DNA of 61,256 nt, filler included, from Aduncisulcus paluster (GCA_024181965.1; 6 parts of 6 records of this genome joined end to end with filler, not necessarily neighbours in it); one strand, 5' to 3'. Numbered from the whole stretch's first letter, positions 12,432-25,370 are shown. Made by a program: numbers and translations. The notes: generated from the letters alone by a model not told the origin.

Positions 12432-13067
12432 CTACTTTTGATAAGTTGACAAAACGATTTCGGGAGCAAGTCCAGAGCTCTTGGGTAATTGACTCGACGA
12501 GAGATCTAATGTTGTATCAAAAGGATCATCATCTTGAATTATGTCTTCGTTCACTTTTGATTTCTCAATAGAAGATTGTTTGCCCATTGACATTTCGTGC
12601 TCTCTATGCTTGCTCAAAGGTTGTTTTTTCACCCCAGAGATAGGAACCGAAGAACCATGAGAGCAGAGTTCGATATGATCGAGAGATTTTTTTAATTCAG
12701 ATATACTTACTCCATCTTCTCTCTTATATTTTAATGATGTGTCGGGAAACATAGCATCAATTTCTTTACCATCTTGACTCTCGGTTAGAAGCTTATTTTC
12801 TGCTTTCTTCATTTCAATCTCTGCCATTTTTGCCTCTGAAGCCATGATATAAGCATCTTTTCGAATTTTATCTTCTTGGACATCTGTTTCAGAATGAAGG
12901 ATTATAGGACGAGGCCCAATAAATGATACATAGAATTTATCATCTCTTTCAAGCTCCCGAATAGTATCAGCATATTTTTTACGTATATTATCAAGACGAC
13001 CCCTTCTGAAAGAATAGGCCCGCCAAGCATGTTGAATGACAGTAGCAGCAGTTGTTAGATCAAACAT
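12432..13067 (-). CDS. IQ-motif (calmodulin-binding) protein
   Basis: N-terminal AATVIQHAWRAYSFRR fits IQxxxRxxxxR; the rest is charged and low-complexity. Confidence 0.65.
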   Translation of the reverse strand: MFDLTTAATVIQHAWRAYSFRRGRLDNIRKKYADTIRELERDDKFYVSFIGPRPIILHSETDVQEDKIRKDAYIMASEAKMAEIEMKKAENKLLTESQDGKEIDAMFPDTSLKYKREDGVSISELKKSLDHIELCSHGSSVPISGVKKQPLSKHREHEMSMGKQSSIEKSKVNEDIIQDDDPFDTTLDLSSSQLPKSSGLAPEIVLSTYQK

Positions 13068-13279
13068 AACAAGTTGATGTAAAATATAAATATATTCATA
13101 TAAATAACCAATAAATAATTGTCGGATTAAAGATAAAAGTCAAGATCTCTTCGTATGGGAGCAAAATCGAAAGATTTTCAAGATGTTTGTTTTCTGCATC
13201 TTAGAGCAGTAGAACATTCTTTAACAGCCTTAATTTAAATCTTATATCTCTTTTTTGTATTTTTTGCTGATCTTTACCA

Positions 13280-13937
13280 ATGCCATCAAAGTATTCATAT
13301 CGTTCTAAAACTAAGCCCGATTATTCCCCGGCTTCTCTTAATCATGCCCGAAAAGATTATGAATCTGAAGATTCTATTGCGCATAGTGATACAGGTTTGC
13401 TTAGAGGAAGAGATAGTACCCCATTAGCCTCTGAACTTGAAGATATTCCTGAGGGTGAAAATGATTCAATAACACAGGCCCTTTGTTTCGTTTGTAAAAG
13501 ATGGAGGAAATCATCTTCTGATGTCATCAAATTTTTCCCCCTTCTTATGATAATAGCCGCCGTAATTAGTTTCGTTTTCATTTTGATTAATGGAATTGCT
13601 TTAACCATCTGTGGTCTCCATCCAATGTCTGATAAGGCTAATTCATTTCTTGATACTTGTACTACAGGTGATTGTGTTTACGGAATTAAGGGTTTGTTTG
13701 GACCAGGAAATATCACAATTTCAGCCTCCCCTCCAGCACAAATAAGTAGCAACGATGATGATCCTGTCTTGACTGATAACAACGCTGCGTTCTATCACTC
13801 TTTCTATTCGTATGACGCCTTTGAACATTCTTTCCCCGAATATACAATTCCAGAAGATGAACCAGTTCAATCGATTTTTTCACATGATTCTTCGATTTTG
13901 GAAGTTAAAGATGCTCCTTCGATTGATTCAACAATTT
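13280..13937 (+). CDS. Hypothetical membrane protein, 3'-partial
   Basis: ATG ORF with a long hydrophobic stretch (FFPLLMIIAAVISFVFILINGIALTIC); runs into the linker. Confidence 0.6.
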
Positions 13938-14037
13938 NNNNNNNNNNNNNNNNNNNNNNNNNNNNNNNNNNNNNNNNNNNNTTAATTAATTAANNNNNNN
14001 NNNNNNNNNNNNNNNNNNNNNNNNNNNNNNNNNNNNN
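13938..14037. other. Artificial scaffold linker
   Basis: N44-TTAATTAATTAA-N44; a six-frame stop spacer. Confidence 0.97.
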
Positions 14038-14515
14038 TAAACATACAATTTGCTTGTTTGCCAAGAAATCGAAAAAATGTATTTCGTCGAAAAACGGATC
14101 TGAACAAGCAATTCTTCGATAGATAAGATTGGAAAATTTAAAAAAACACATATAAACGAGTTAAATGCTGGTAAATGATAAAAACATGTTTTATTTCCAT
14201 GCCATGGTGTTAATTCTCGATATCTCAGGCTTTTGGAGAACCCTCAGGACTGGATATAGTTCCATTTCACGTGTTAAGAACATTTATGAACGATTTCAAT
14301 GCTATTCAATAACATGGATATATTTCCATTTCATTTCTATCCTTATCCTTGCCTTTCTGTTCATTTTCACTTGCTTTTGCTTACAATCAAAAATATCAAG
14401 AACTCGGAATATGATGGTATACGTGTGTCTGTATACTGCTACGAATCTAATCCTCTGATGCTTCATGGAACACGACATTTCCCCGCAGTCAAATCCAACT
14501 TGGATTGAACTCCAA

Positions 14516-14757
14516 TTCCAACTCCAACTCCAACTCCAACTCCAATGCCAGATCCTGAGATTTACATTTAATACTGAGATTTGTGCTCTGTGTTTATTGT
14601 CTTAGGAATGTGGGGCATCTGACATCTGTCATCTGTCATTTGTCATCTATCAAAGCTCTACCATGAAGAAATAACAATTAATTCCGTATGACTATGAGGA
14701 GTAGTACTCCAAAGATGAACTATCAGCACATCATCTAACAACAACCAACAGCAACCA
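14516..14757 (+). repeat. Dispersed repeat copy 1, with a (CTCCAA)n head; diverged copy at ~16816-17004
   Basis: Shared blocks CTCCAATGCCAGATCCTGA, TTTGTGCTCTGTGTTTA, GGAATGTGGGGCAT and CTCCAAAGATGAAC.ATCAGCACATC. Confidence 0.8.
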
Positions 14758-16095
14758 TTAATATGTTCTGAATTTTACCCTTTTCCCCATTTTCTATCTT
14801 GTCTATCTTTATTTGAACAATCATGGCCTTACTGAGCCATTGGTCGGCAACCAAGTGGCTTGAAATCTCTATTCAATAGAGCTCTGAAAGCTCGAGAAAT
14901 CATTCTTCATATCTCGATAATATCATTCCTTGTTATCTCTTTGTTTGCGGGGTTTTTTATTTCATTGCATTGGGAATGTGACTCTTTTGCAACATCTTCT
15001 CATCACAACAAGAACCAGAGGAATTTCTTTCTTGATGGCATTTTTAAGTTCCTTATGAATGATTTTCGGTTGTTTTTTTGATAATATCATTATTTTCCAT
15101 TATAAGCTTGATTGATATTACTGTTTATGGAGAAATCATTTGATTGGACTGGAAATGACTCGATTATGGGGAATTTGGGTTGCTTTGGATCTGGTGGCTT
15201 AGTTATAGAATAAAATAAAGTAAATTTGTAAATCCAATCGATTGTATGCCCGAGATCTTGAAGTTTATTCGATGAGTTCTTCGATTTCATGAGTTATTCA
15301 GTGCCACTGCCTCAGTGAGGATTCTCCCAACTGCTCCTAGCTAATATAACAGTTTTTTAAAATTTATATTTCGCTTTTTCATTTTTGTTTTATTATGATC
15401 TTCTGTTTACATTGCTTCATTTTATCATTATTACGAGTTCAACATTTTTGCCATCGATTTTGTCCATAATTTAATTAGTAGGGATTTATAGCTTCTTAAA
15501 TCCATACTAAAATACGCATATCTGTTAATTATTTTCCATTTTGTATTGATTAATCCATTGAATTAACTGGAAATATAAAGTCTCACAATCATATCCTATT
15601 TGCTAATAATCCGTATTTTTAGGTTATATTTTATTTTTAAAGTTTCATGATTTATTGGTTGAAGCTGAGACTACATGTTATAGAATTCTATTTATGACCA
15701 GTTTGGAATCATTTCAAATATTAATGATTCTGGCCAAGTTGCATCCATTCTTTATTGATACTCCATCAGCAGACACTTGCCCATATACCAAAGAATCAAT
15801 GTGACAATCATGGAAGTGGACACCCTTGCCATGATCATGCACGGTGCTCACTTGTGGACAAGAACTGGGGAACAGGGCCTCCCACACCGTCTCCGTGTTT
15901 TTAGGTTTTCACTTGTTTTTGTTTAGATCTATAAAATCACGCTTTATTTATAAAACACAGAACAATCTCACAAAATGATGTCTGCTGTCTTGGTCAAAAA
16001 TTTCAGATTTTTTTTTTTTTTTCATCGGTAGTTTTATTTATTATTGTCATGACGAAGAATATAGTTCCTCTCATCTTGTAACTGTCGGGCTTACC

Positions 16096-16428
16096 GTGGG
16101 TGGTTTCTTTGTATTTGTTGAGATGATAGTTTGTAAGGATGCCAACTTGATTCGTGATCTGGCCGATTTCATTTGTGGCAGCTCTTCAATGACATCGTTG
16201 GTCTGGATTGTCCCAGTGTTCCCCATATTCTTCATGATATGGCTCCCCATCGTATATTCTGACAAGTTCATCTCCTCTGAATACTTGGGGTTTAGCTACA
16301 CAATGGAAGAAATGACGACTTTTTACAGTTTGTTCAGCATGTTTTTGGCACTATTATTTTCAGGTGGATCTGGAATGGCGGCAGCATTGATAGCATTAAG
16401 CAAATACAAATATTCAATAAGAGAATGA
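16096..16428 (+). pseudogene. Fragment of a multi-pass membrane protein gene
   Basis: Hydrophobic 110-aa ORF with no clear ATG start, lying in a fragmentary region. Confidence 0.3.
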
Positions 16429-16474
16429 GACTCACTATACTATACTACTACTACTATACTATATACTGTACTAT

Positions 16475-16514
16475 GGCTCTCAAAAATCCAATTTTACTCC
16501 TACTTCTCGTTAAT
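16475..16514 (+). repeat. ~40-bp direct repeat (second copy at 17906-17944)
   Basis: GGCTCTCAAAA(A)TCCAATTTTACTCCTACTTCTCGTTAAT at both sites. Confidence 0.9.
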
Positions 16515-16746
16515 AGCACATTCCTCGTTTCGAACTCCCAGCTCCCCGAGAAACTCAAGGCCATGCCCCCCTGTCACCCAGTTGTACCTCTCTGTTGACG
16601 CTGCTGACCCGGACACATTAGCCGAAATCGACCGTCCCTATGTCGGCAAAACTAACGCCTGGCGCCGATTGAACGAGAGTCTGTCCATTTTATCCACCCT
16701 TTAAGAGAGGACAGCCATCCGAATCACTGTCATTAAGAAGCTGAAT
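16515..16746 (+). pseudogene. TYW1: Internal fragment of the radical SAM wybutosine synthesis gene TYW1
   Basis: Manual translation gives STFLVSNSQLPEKLKAMP[+1 frameshift in C6 run]PVTQLYLSVDAADPDTLAEIDRPYVGKTNAWRRLNESLSILSTL*ERTAIRITVIKKLN. This matches the TYW1 segment FLVTN.QFP...VTQLYVSVDA......IDRP...W.R..SL...RT..R.T..K..N. Confidence 0.75.
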
Positions 16747-16815
16747 TCACATTAATTTGAATTTACTCCCCTGTGACCAACCCTCTGCCGAACCTATGTC
16801 CCATTTCATTCCACC

Positions 16816-17004
16816 CAACTCCAACTCCAATGCCAGATCCTGATCATCTGATGCATTTAATAATGAACTTTGTGCTCTGTGTTTAATGTCTTTGGAATGT
16901 GGGGCATTTGGTATTTGTCATATGTCAAACTCAACCAGAATTGCTTGCTGCTCCAAAGATGAACAATCAGCACATCCTCGAACCACAACCAACCTACAAC
17001 CAAC
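16816..17004 (+). repeat. Dispersed repeat copy 2
   Basis: Homologous to 14516-14757, with indels. Confidence 0.8.
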
Positions 17005-17976
17005 CCCTCACCGTCTCATATTGATTGAATCACGTGTGACTGGAATGAATGTTGCTGTTAATTGATGAGTAGATGAATCATATTTGATCTATTTGAACAC
17101 CGATTGTATGTTGTACTTCCCTCCCCATCATTGTCATTGCCATCTCGAATACTACATTGATTGCCCCATTCTGTTTTGTTGCCTCCCTGTTTTCTGTCGC
17201 ATCACCCGCAGATGATGATAGAGTTCCTATAGTCGTACCGTATGCAACTCCAAAGAACTTTGAACTTTATTTTTTGTTGTTGTTCCGTCCCGTCTTGTCT
17301 TGTTGTGGATAAATAAAGATGATTTATGATACTAAGATGATAATGATGATAATGATGATAATAATGATAAAAGAAATATTCAGAACTAAAAATCTAACTC
17401 CATGAATAAACATGCCCCCACCCCCACTTGGTGCCGTGTCTTGTGGAGCAGAACATGCATGCTCTGGATCGTGATGAGAATTTTGTCTGGTTTTGTTCGA
17501 GCCCAGGCCGAGTCAGACGTTTTTATTTTCATTTTATGAGACAAGATCTTGTTTGAAATGTTTTCTGGCGTGGTTTTTATTGTTGTTTTGTGCCCATTGT
17601 TTGGATTGGGTCTTGAAAGTATGATTTGCTATTTCTAGATCTATGGTTGATTTATCCTCCATATCGACCATGATGTCCGAGCTTCTTCTTGGATTCATCT
17701 GCAATTCCATGTTGTGTTGTCATTCTTAACGGTATTATTGTTGCTAGGTGTTATTGTTGTTGTATAATCCGATTGTCGATATTGTTTGATGATTCTGGGA
17801 TATCCAATGGAATGGCTTTCTTTCTCGACTATCACGTTTATTATCGATATCATGTCCGACATGTCCGAGTTGATGACTCATCAACTAAGTTGATCGGATC
17901 AACTTGGCTCTCAAAATCCAATTTTACTCCTACTTCTCGTTAATTACAAAATTAAATGGACAAAACAAACAAAACA

Positions 17977-19416
17977 TCACTCATCTTCCTCCTCTTCCTC
18001 CTCTTCTTCTGCCTTTTCTCTCTCTTCTTTCTTCTCTTTCGCCGCAATAATATCTTCATTCTTCACAAAATGCTTGTTAATCCTTACGAATCCTGGGACA
18101 TGACTCAAAATCTCCTGAGCACCTTCCTCCCCTCCACCAAATTCATCATCAATGTCATTTCCAGTCATAATAACGATTTGTAGCGGAGTTTTGAATTTCG
18201 AGATATATTTCAAAAACAAAGCCGTATTTGTCAAGCTACAGTCACGAATATTCAAATAATTCAAATGAGGGAAGAATACAGACAATAAATTGATATTTGA
18301 CATCGATAAAGTTGTTGAAATCTCTTCCTCATCTTCCTCATCTCCTTCTTCTCCTTCTTCTTCTCCTTCTTCTCCTTCTTGACCTGAGGCAAGCTTGGCT
18401 TGTTCTTTCTTACGCTTCCTTTCATCCTCTTCACGCTTTATATCGAAAGGATGCCTTGAAATATCACAAAAATCTGCAAGAGTTTCACATTCTCGACAAT
18501 GAAGAATCGTTACATTCTCAAACACTCCAGGGCATAAGTGAAACGATGAAAGTTTGGTTTTTCCGATAAATATTCGTTCCAGACTCGATAATATTCCACA
18601 ATAACAGCGAATTGGACACGATTGAGGTGGCATTGATTGGAAAGGTGGGAAATCCGACACGGCAGGAAGAGGAGGGAGTTCTGGACGATCTGGGATCTCA
18701 GGAGAAGTAAATGTGGGTGGAATATCCTCGGGTTTAGTTTCATCAAGACATCCAAAACCAAGGGGATTTTGTAAGGACGGATTTTCATGCAAGTCGATCA
18801 TTTTCAAACGTGGGGCGTTAAAAACAGCTCTAAATTGTCTCAAACCACATGAATTAGCCTTAAATGTGAGCAAAGAAGGAAATTCTATTACACCCGGAGG
18901 ATAATACAACTTTAACTTGCTGCTATTCTCTTCCTCTTCATCTTCTTCCTCTTCTACATCTTCTTCATCTTCTTCATCTTCTTCTTCTTCTATTTCTTCC
19001 CCGTCTTCATCATAACGTGGTTGTTTCTTCTTTTTTTCTTTCTTGGGAGGCTGGGGAGGAATAATTCCATCGTACGCTGCAATAGCAAGTAAGGATGGGT
19101 TATTTGATACATCTAGATGTTGTAAAAGAGGCTGAGATCTTGGAATAACGAGATCTTTCAATCTATTATGCGAAAGATTGACTGTCACGATATTTGGAAT
19201 TTGGAAGATGACAGAAGCATCTGAAATCTTATTATAGCTTAAATCTATATTCCTAAGGTAGGTTAATTCTGAAATTGGGGTAATATTTGTAACTTTAAGC
19301 TTAGGCCCGTGAAGAACAGTAAAAGCCATCTTGCCACTTCCTTTTGAAACCATTCCATCTAAACAATTGAAGAGAAGGTCATCTTCAAGAACTTTTTCTT
19401 TCTTCTTTTTAGGCAT
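17977..19416 (-). CDS. Leucine-rich repeat protein, LRRC23-like (axonemal)
   Basis: SDS22-type LRRs (LRNIDLSYNKISD, IVTVNLSHNRL, LQHLDVSNN), an N-terminus resembling LRRC23 and poly-Glu tracts. Confidence 0.7.
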   Translation of the reverse strand: MPKKKKEKVLEDDLLFNCLDGMVSKGSGKMAFTVLHGPKLKVTNITPISELTYLRNIDLSYNKISDASVIFQIPNIVTVNLSHNRLKDLVIPRSQPLLQHLDVSNNPSLLAIAAYDGIIPPQPPKKEKKKKQPRYDEDGEEIEEEEDEEDEEDVEEEEDEEEENSSKLKLYYPPGVIEFPSLLTFKANSCGLRQFRAVFNAPRLKMIDLHENPSLQNPLGFGCLDETKPEDIPPTFTSPEIPDRPELPPLPAVSDFPPFQSMPPQSCPIRCYCGILSSLERIFIGKTKLSSFHLCPGVFENVTILHCRECETLADFCDISRHPFDIKREEDERKRKKEQAKLASGQEGEEGEEEGEEGDEEDEEEISTTLSMSNINLLSVFFPHLNYLNIRDCSLTNTALFLKYISKFKTPLQIVIMTGNDIDDEFGGGEEGAQEILSHVPGFVRINKHFVKNEDIIAAKEKKEEREKAEEEEEEEEDE

Positions 19417-19661
19417 TTTCAGAGCGGTAAATATGCTAATTCAAGGAAAAACGCTAACAAAAAAATGAAATCAAAAATCTCATCTTGAACTGTAATATCC
19501 TGGTTTCATTCAAAATAAATCAGACAAATGTGATTGTTATTTTATTTAAAATAATTTTTCCCCTTTGGAATATTATATTATCCATTGAACCTTGATACAG
19601 AATTTACTTTTTGCCCCTCTTATTTTTACATCGTTCTAAATGCAAATAGAATGAAAAAGAA

Positions 19662-20671
19662 TCACAAAATCAAACAAGTAATAGCAGAACGTCTCTTTTT
19701 GGGGTTAATTCCAACCCTAATAGCAGTATCAAACACATCCTTGACACGGAACATTGTTTTGGCACTGCATTCAACGTATTCTTGGGCCTTGATTTGTCTT
19801 TGCATCTTCTTACCGTCGTCAAAGGTCAAAACACGCTTCCCATCCTCCTTTAATCTGGCAATGGTTTCTTCGTTATCTCTCAAATCGATCTTGGTTCCCA
19901 CAAGAACGAATGGGGCATCGGAGTTGTGATGAGTAACTTCAGGATACCACTTGCCCTTGATGTTATCGTATGATTCAGGTCTAACGACAGAGAAACAAAG
20001 GAGGAAGACGTGGGCTCCAGGATAGGAAAGAGGCCTCAAACGGTCGTAGGTCTCCTGTCCAGCTGTATCCNNNNNNNNNNNNNNNNNNNNGGCCTTGATT
20101 TGTCTTTGCATCTTCTTACCGTCGTCAAAGGTCAAAACACGCTTCCCATCCTCCTTTAATCTGGCAATGGTTTCTTCGTTATCTCTCAAATCGATCTTGG
20201 TTCCCACAAGAACGAATGGGGCATCGGCGTTGTGATGAGTAACTTCAGGATACCACTTGCCCTTGATGTTATCGTATGATTCAGGTCTAACGACAGAGAA
20301 ACAAAGGAGGAAGACGTGGGCTCCAGGATAGGAAAGAGGCCTCAAACGGTCGTAGGTCTCCTGTCCAGCTGTATCCCAAAGTTGGAAAGAATATGTTTCA
20401 GATCCGAAATCAACATCACATTGATAGTTATCGAAAACTGTGGGGACATATTCAGTTGGGAAAGTGTTGAGGCAGTAAACAAGAAGAAGACATGTCTTAC
20501 CAACGGCTCCATCACCAACAACAACACATTTCTAGAAAAAAATGAACGGAAACAAGATTAGTCAGTGTGAATAAGGAACCAAACAAAAAAGAAGGTTATA
20601 CTATAAAGGGAACATACAATATGAGATTTTAAAGTTTCTTCTGTTTCTACTCTGTCAGAATCGGTACTCAT
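19662..20671 (-). CDS. Rho-family GTPase (Rac-like); exons 20671-20618 and 20531-19662; part of exon 2 is duplicated across the N-gap
   Basis: [52 protein letters not shown] and a C-terminal CAAX box (CLIL). Confidence 0.93.
20532..20617 (-). other. Spliceosomal intron (86 nt) in the Rac gene
   Basis: GTATGT donor, branch-like ACTGACTAAT, TTTTTTTCTAG acceptor; phase 0 join SHI|KCVVVG. Confidence 0.88.
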
Positions 20672-21106
20672 GATTGTGGTGTCACAAAAAATTACACTTT
20701 CTGACATTTCGTGATCTATGAAAGTCTTCAGTGGAAAAATATAAAATGCCACATTATATAGTGAATTTAAATTTATATTTTAAATTAATTTCCGGATATA
20801 TCCATTAAATCAAAGAGAGAGAGAAGATTTAAGATATTCGTTTATTTCCATTTATTTAGGAGACCAAATTACAGAAAAAGAATAAAAAATAGAACATTCT
20901 AATCATAATTCATCCAAATATTCAACCTTATACCAATTCTGGATACTTGGCGCCCTTCACCAAGTGAATCCAAGATAAATAGGACCTAATCAGATTTCAA
21001 ATGGAGCAAAAAAAGAGAATAAAAACAATAATTTGTTGTTTTGGCCCATTTTCAAGCATCTTTTCTTTTTTTTTCCAAACCCACTAGTTTTCGTCACATT
21101 TAGCCG

Positions 21107-23448
21107 ATGAATCCCGATAATATAGGGCAATGCATCACCTTTTATAAAAGTGGCGAATTAATAACTGCCTATAGTTTATTGTTTCGATTAACTTTGGTCC
21201 CGTCAAAGAGGATTGAAATTATTCGGGCTAAAAATCCAAATATAGAAAAAATATTGAGTGGCGCACTCAAATCTGATAATAATGAATGCATAAAATTGGG
21301 ATTGCAAATTGCCTCCCACTTTTCTCAGACGATTGAGGAGATTGACTTTCTTTCCAAGAGAATAGCCATCAAAGAAAAAGTCTCCAGGCTAATTAAGAGG
21401 TTAAATAGTCTCCACGAAATATTTTCTGTGCCTATTGATTCACCTAAAGGTATTGCAGTGTTTCCTGAATGGGTATCAGACCTTTCAATGTTAATTCACA
21501 AACTTTGTCAATATAATCCCATAAAATCTGCTTTAAGGGCAGCGTTAGTTGACAAAGAACTCAAATCATTTTTCAAATTCATCCCCATTTCCTTCCCAAT
21601 TCAACGAATGACGACTCGGCTTGCAATTGTCTCTCTAAGTGATATATCTTTTGAAGATATTGATATTCCCGAGCTGTTAGATATGAAAACGTCCTCTACT
21701 CCCGTTGTACATCAAGGATTACCCCCGAAACATCCAGAAGGTCCATTAACCTTTGGCGGAAATCTTATCCCACCCGACGAGGACCACCAACACCCTCATG
21801 AATTAGATGCCGAAGGAAATAGCAGTTATATTATCACAGAATCACACTCAATGAGCGCTTCCCATGAACAGGAGTCTTCGGAACAATCATTTTCACTGCC
21901 CCAACCTGGATTTAGGCATACTGTGAACTCTAGATTCTATTTATCGCCAGAACAGTGCAGAACTCCACCCATATCGCAACTTTTAGCCTCTCTATTCCAG
22001 GGATCTTCTCATGCTGTTTCCCACCCCAACCACAGCCCCATAAACTCGTCATACTGGTCCCTTAGCTCAACAAATCGACTCCGTGACGATTGGCAAAACA
22101 ACCAAGACGATGGATATGAGACTGTGGCAGTGGATGTTGATGAGATCCTTCGTTTTGTTAGTGAACACGAATTCACAGAGCTTGTTCGTTCTAATGTTAT
22201 TGAATTGCGTCGACTTGAAGAGAGGGCAGCCGGACAACAACACCCTTCATCAACAAGATCAATAAGAAACGAAGTTGACTCAATGATAGTAAGACACAGT
22301 CATCGGTATGGCGAAGAAGACGAGGAAGATGAAGAAGACGAGGAAGAACTTGATAGTAGAGACATTTCTTCTCAAAATCTCTCACATGATGATACGGAAG
22401 AAGAGGATGAAGAGGAAGAGGATGAAGAGGAAGATGAAGATGATGAAGAACAGGGGCATGCCTTACTACGTCACATCGAAAGAGCTCAGATCCATTACTC
22501 CCAAGATCCTCACCAACACCAGCACCAACACCAGCACCAGTATGAGCATGAGCATGAGCAGCATGAATATATCCCCTATGAACTGGTCGACATTCAAGGA
22601 CATTATGAACAAGGACATTATGAACAACATCATATGCCAATGCATGGAGATTCAATACAACATGCAGTAGTATCACCACCACACCCAACTTCCCAGTATA
22701 ACCATGGTCATACTGTCATTTCACACGATAATAATGCAGTAGTCAGTGCTAATGATGTCATGTATGGATCAGATGTATCCTTGGAACCTCAAGCCACTCT
22801 CCAAACAACCGTCACAGCCGAAAGTTTTGACCGGTTAGTCGATTCTCTTCGAATTGGGGGAGATGTTGATGATATGATAGAAGAAGAGGAAAAAGAACAA
22901 AGAGTTCCAGACTATCATCACCCTCATGGTCATCATGGTCATCGTGACATTGACATTGATGTGGATGTTGTGAGTGCCAGTGCCATTGCCAAAGATATTT
23001 CATCCGATTGTAAAGTCAGTGTTGTCTCCGATTTGACCCATGATCTGGAAGAGGAAGACGAGGAAGAGGAAGAGGAAGAGAAAGAGGAAGAGGAAGAGGA
23101 AGAGAAAGAGGGGGATAGAAAAGATGTTACAGCAGACAACAACAAGCACGAGCACGAACATGATGGACATGATGGACATGCTGGACATTCAAGAAGTGGG
23201 AGTGAATCATCGTACAGTGCAGTAGGATGTAGTGCTGTTGGTGAGAATGGAGGTGAAGAGGAAGAAGAGGAAAGGGAAGAGGATGAAGAAGAAGATGATG
23301 AAGAGGAAGAAGATGATGAAGAGGAAGAAGAACTGCCATCATCTTTCCATCTCAATGCAGAAGACGAAGGTCCTGTCGAACAAGAGTTACTCAGACAACA
23401 ACAATCTGCATTACATTCACAAGGCTTTGAAGATGACACTATTGATGA
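21107..23448 (+). CDS. Hypothetical protein with a helical N-terminus and long acidic/His-rich low-complexity region; 3'-partial
   Basis: ORF of more than 780 codons with poly-E/D tracts and HQ/HE repeats; truncated by the linker. Confidence 0.7.
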
Positions 23449-23548
23449 NNNNNNNNNNNNNNNNNNNNNNNNNNNNNNNNNNNNNNNNNNNNTTAATTAA
23501 TTAANNNNNNNNNNNNNNNNNNNNNNNNNNNNNNNNNNNNNNNNNNNN
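23449..23548. other. Artificial scaffold linker
   Basis: N-TTAATTAATTAA-N. Confidence 0.97.
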
Positions 23549-23600
23549 GTGCCTTGCATTCACTACAATGAGGACCTGGGTTCAACTCCCACCACCTCTA
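23549..23600 (+). pseudogene. tRNA-like relic (3' half)
   Basis: T-arm/B-box TGGG-TTCAACT-CCCA followed by a 7-nt acceptor-length strand and a T-run; 5' part cut by the scaffold edge. Confidence 0.5.
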
Positions 23601-24121
23601 CTTTTATTTCGTTATTATTTTCTTACTAACAAGCTATTTTATTTTTATTATCTAATTTTGATTAATTCGTTCTCTACTAAGGTTTCTATTATTTTCTATA
23701 CTTTTTATTTTCCTAATATCTTTGTTATTCATTGAAATCCCAAGTCGGTAGTTTTATAAATTATGTTGTTTTACAAACTTTGCTTTCCCCTCGATAAACT
23801 TACTTTTATTTCCCCTATGTAATAGAAATCTTTATTCTAATAAATTGTCCTGCTCATTGTGCTGATCACAGGAGGTCGAATTTTATTCTTCTTTTGCCGA
23901 TTGGAAGGAATTTATTTCCAATGAAACTCTTCCAGATTCTCCTTCTGAGTATATTATTACAGAAGAAGGAAGTGAAGAGCTTACAGTAAATAATCTAAAA
24001 AAAATTCATTTTTTGTTTCTACCACTCCTCCTTTTCATCTGATCGTCTATTCCTAGATCCGTATCGATGCCACGCTGGAGATATTCTCCACAAATTTCAT
24101 ATTGGTCTTCTGAATAATGCC

Positions 24122-24712
24122 ATGGATATGCTTGATAAGTGTCTAAATACGAATCAAAAGAATATATTCAATAGAAGAATGGAATTGCTTGGAATACGAA
24201 CAAGATTGGGAATCAAACTTAGAGCTGGGAATGATGCCAAAAACTTTCAACATTATGCTGCCATTGGTCTTTTTGATCTACATAAACACCCTCCCACAAG
24301 GAATCACACTTTTTTCTTTTTATACTGCGGGATTGATGAAGTGGAATCTGAAAATTTGTTGGAAAGAATCGTGTTAAAATACACTTTCAGATTCCCATCT
24401 GGTACATCGAGAGATGATATTGAGCACTTTACTTTCTATGATATATTGTATCTAGCAGGTCTTTTTGACCGTTATATGTATGAAGCCAGATTCGCAGGAA
24501 GTTCTGATGTTCCGGAATTATTGGAGTACCATAAACGATTTGTTGCTATTCTCTCCCCTCTCTCAGTTCATTGTGGCGTTATATCCGATACACCACCAAT
24601 TAAAAAGGTAAAAACACATTCCATGATGCACCTACAAGAGTGGATTGACGACGGTGGTCCTCTTAGAAATTATTCGGCTGAAACTGGAGAGAACAAACGC
24701 TACTTTATATAG
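24122..24712 (+). mobile_element. DNA transposase remnant (CMC/Plavaka-like C-terminal region)
   Basis: KTHSMMHLQEWIDDGGPLRNYSAETGE matches the K.H...H....I...GP...YS.E..E motif. Confidence 0.55.
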
Positions 24713-24936
24713 ACTGTACAGTATAGTATACTTTTGAGACTTTCAACTTGATTAATAATTAAAATGTCCTATTTTAAAAATATTCGTGACATTGTCTCAA
24801 GAAAATAATCGTCGAAAATTTTCTTCGACTATTACAAGCATTTTTATGCATTAAATCCTTCATAATTATAAGTTATTTCACCATTTTATAATAAAATCGA
24901 AAATTCTTCACAATTCTGCAAAGAAATTGGAGATTT

Positions 24937-25071
24937 TTATTTTTCTTTCAAATGACTGAGTTCAGGATGATCCTTAATGTAATCATCTAGGACTTCGCAA
25001 TCCTTGAGTTCTTTAAAGGCTAATTCGGAGTCCTGATCCTCTTCATAGCCTTTCCATCTAACTACGAATTT
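24937..25071 (-). mobile_element. Chromodomain fragment from a chromovirus integrase
   Basis: Manual translation KFVVRWKGYEEDQDSELAFKELKDCEVLDDYIKDHPELSHLKEK*. Confidence 0.7.
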
Positions 25072-25370
25072 GATGGTACGTGGATTGGAAGCGTTTGGAC
25101 TTGCTAAGGTTAATGCAAGGAGTATGGCTGCTTCTGTAGTCCATGCTATCGATAGTCTTCCGTCTTTTTCTCGAGTGCCTGAGTTGGAGACTATAGAAAC
25201 TCTGTATTGTCCTTTTTGCGGTTATAAAGGTCACTCGGAGTCGGATTGTAAAATTAAAACGAGAATAGAGGTGAAGGATTCGGTAAAGAGGAAGTTCAGA
25301 AAGAGATTTAAAGGTGGTAAAGGCTCTTCTAAGATTGAAAAGAGGAGCAAATCCAAAGTGTGGCCAAACT
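25072..25370 (+). mobile_element. Gag nucleocapsid fragment
   Basis: Zinc knuckle CPFCGYKGHSESDC (CX2CX4HX4C) followed by a basic tract. Confidence 0.7.

Noticed and set aside
19785-20377. Tandem double Rac domain
   Set aside because: Duplicate across gap 20071-20090 with one visible SNP (NAD/NSD); most likely two alleles left unmerged.
22083-23504. Many short alternative-frame and antisense ORFs (also throughout the window)
   Set aside because: Shadows of low-complexity or Cys-rich coding sequence with no recognisable motifs.
23549-23600. Possible TCA (Sec/opal) anticodon in the tRNA relic
   Set aside because: The anticodon stem is mismatched, there is no long variable arm and the sequence is truncated, so identity cannot be assigned.
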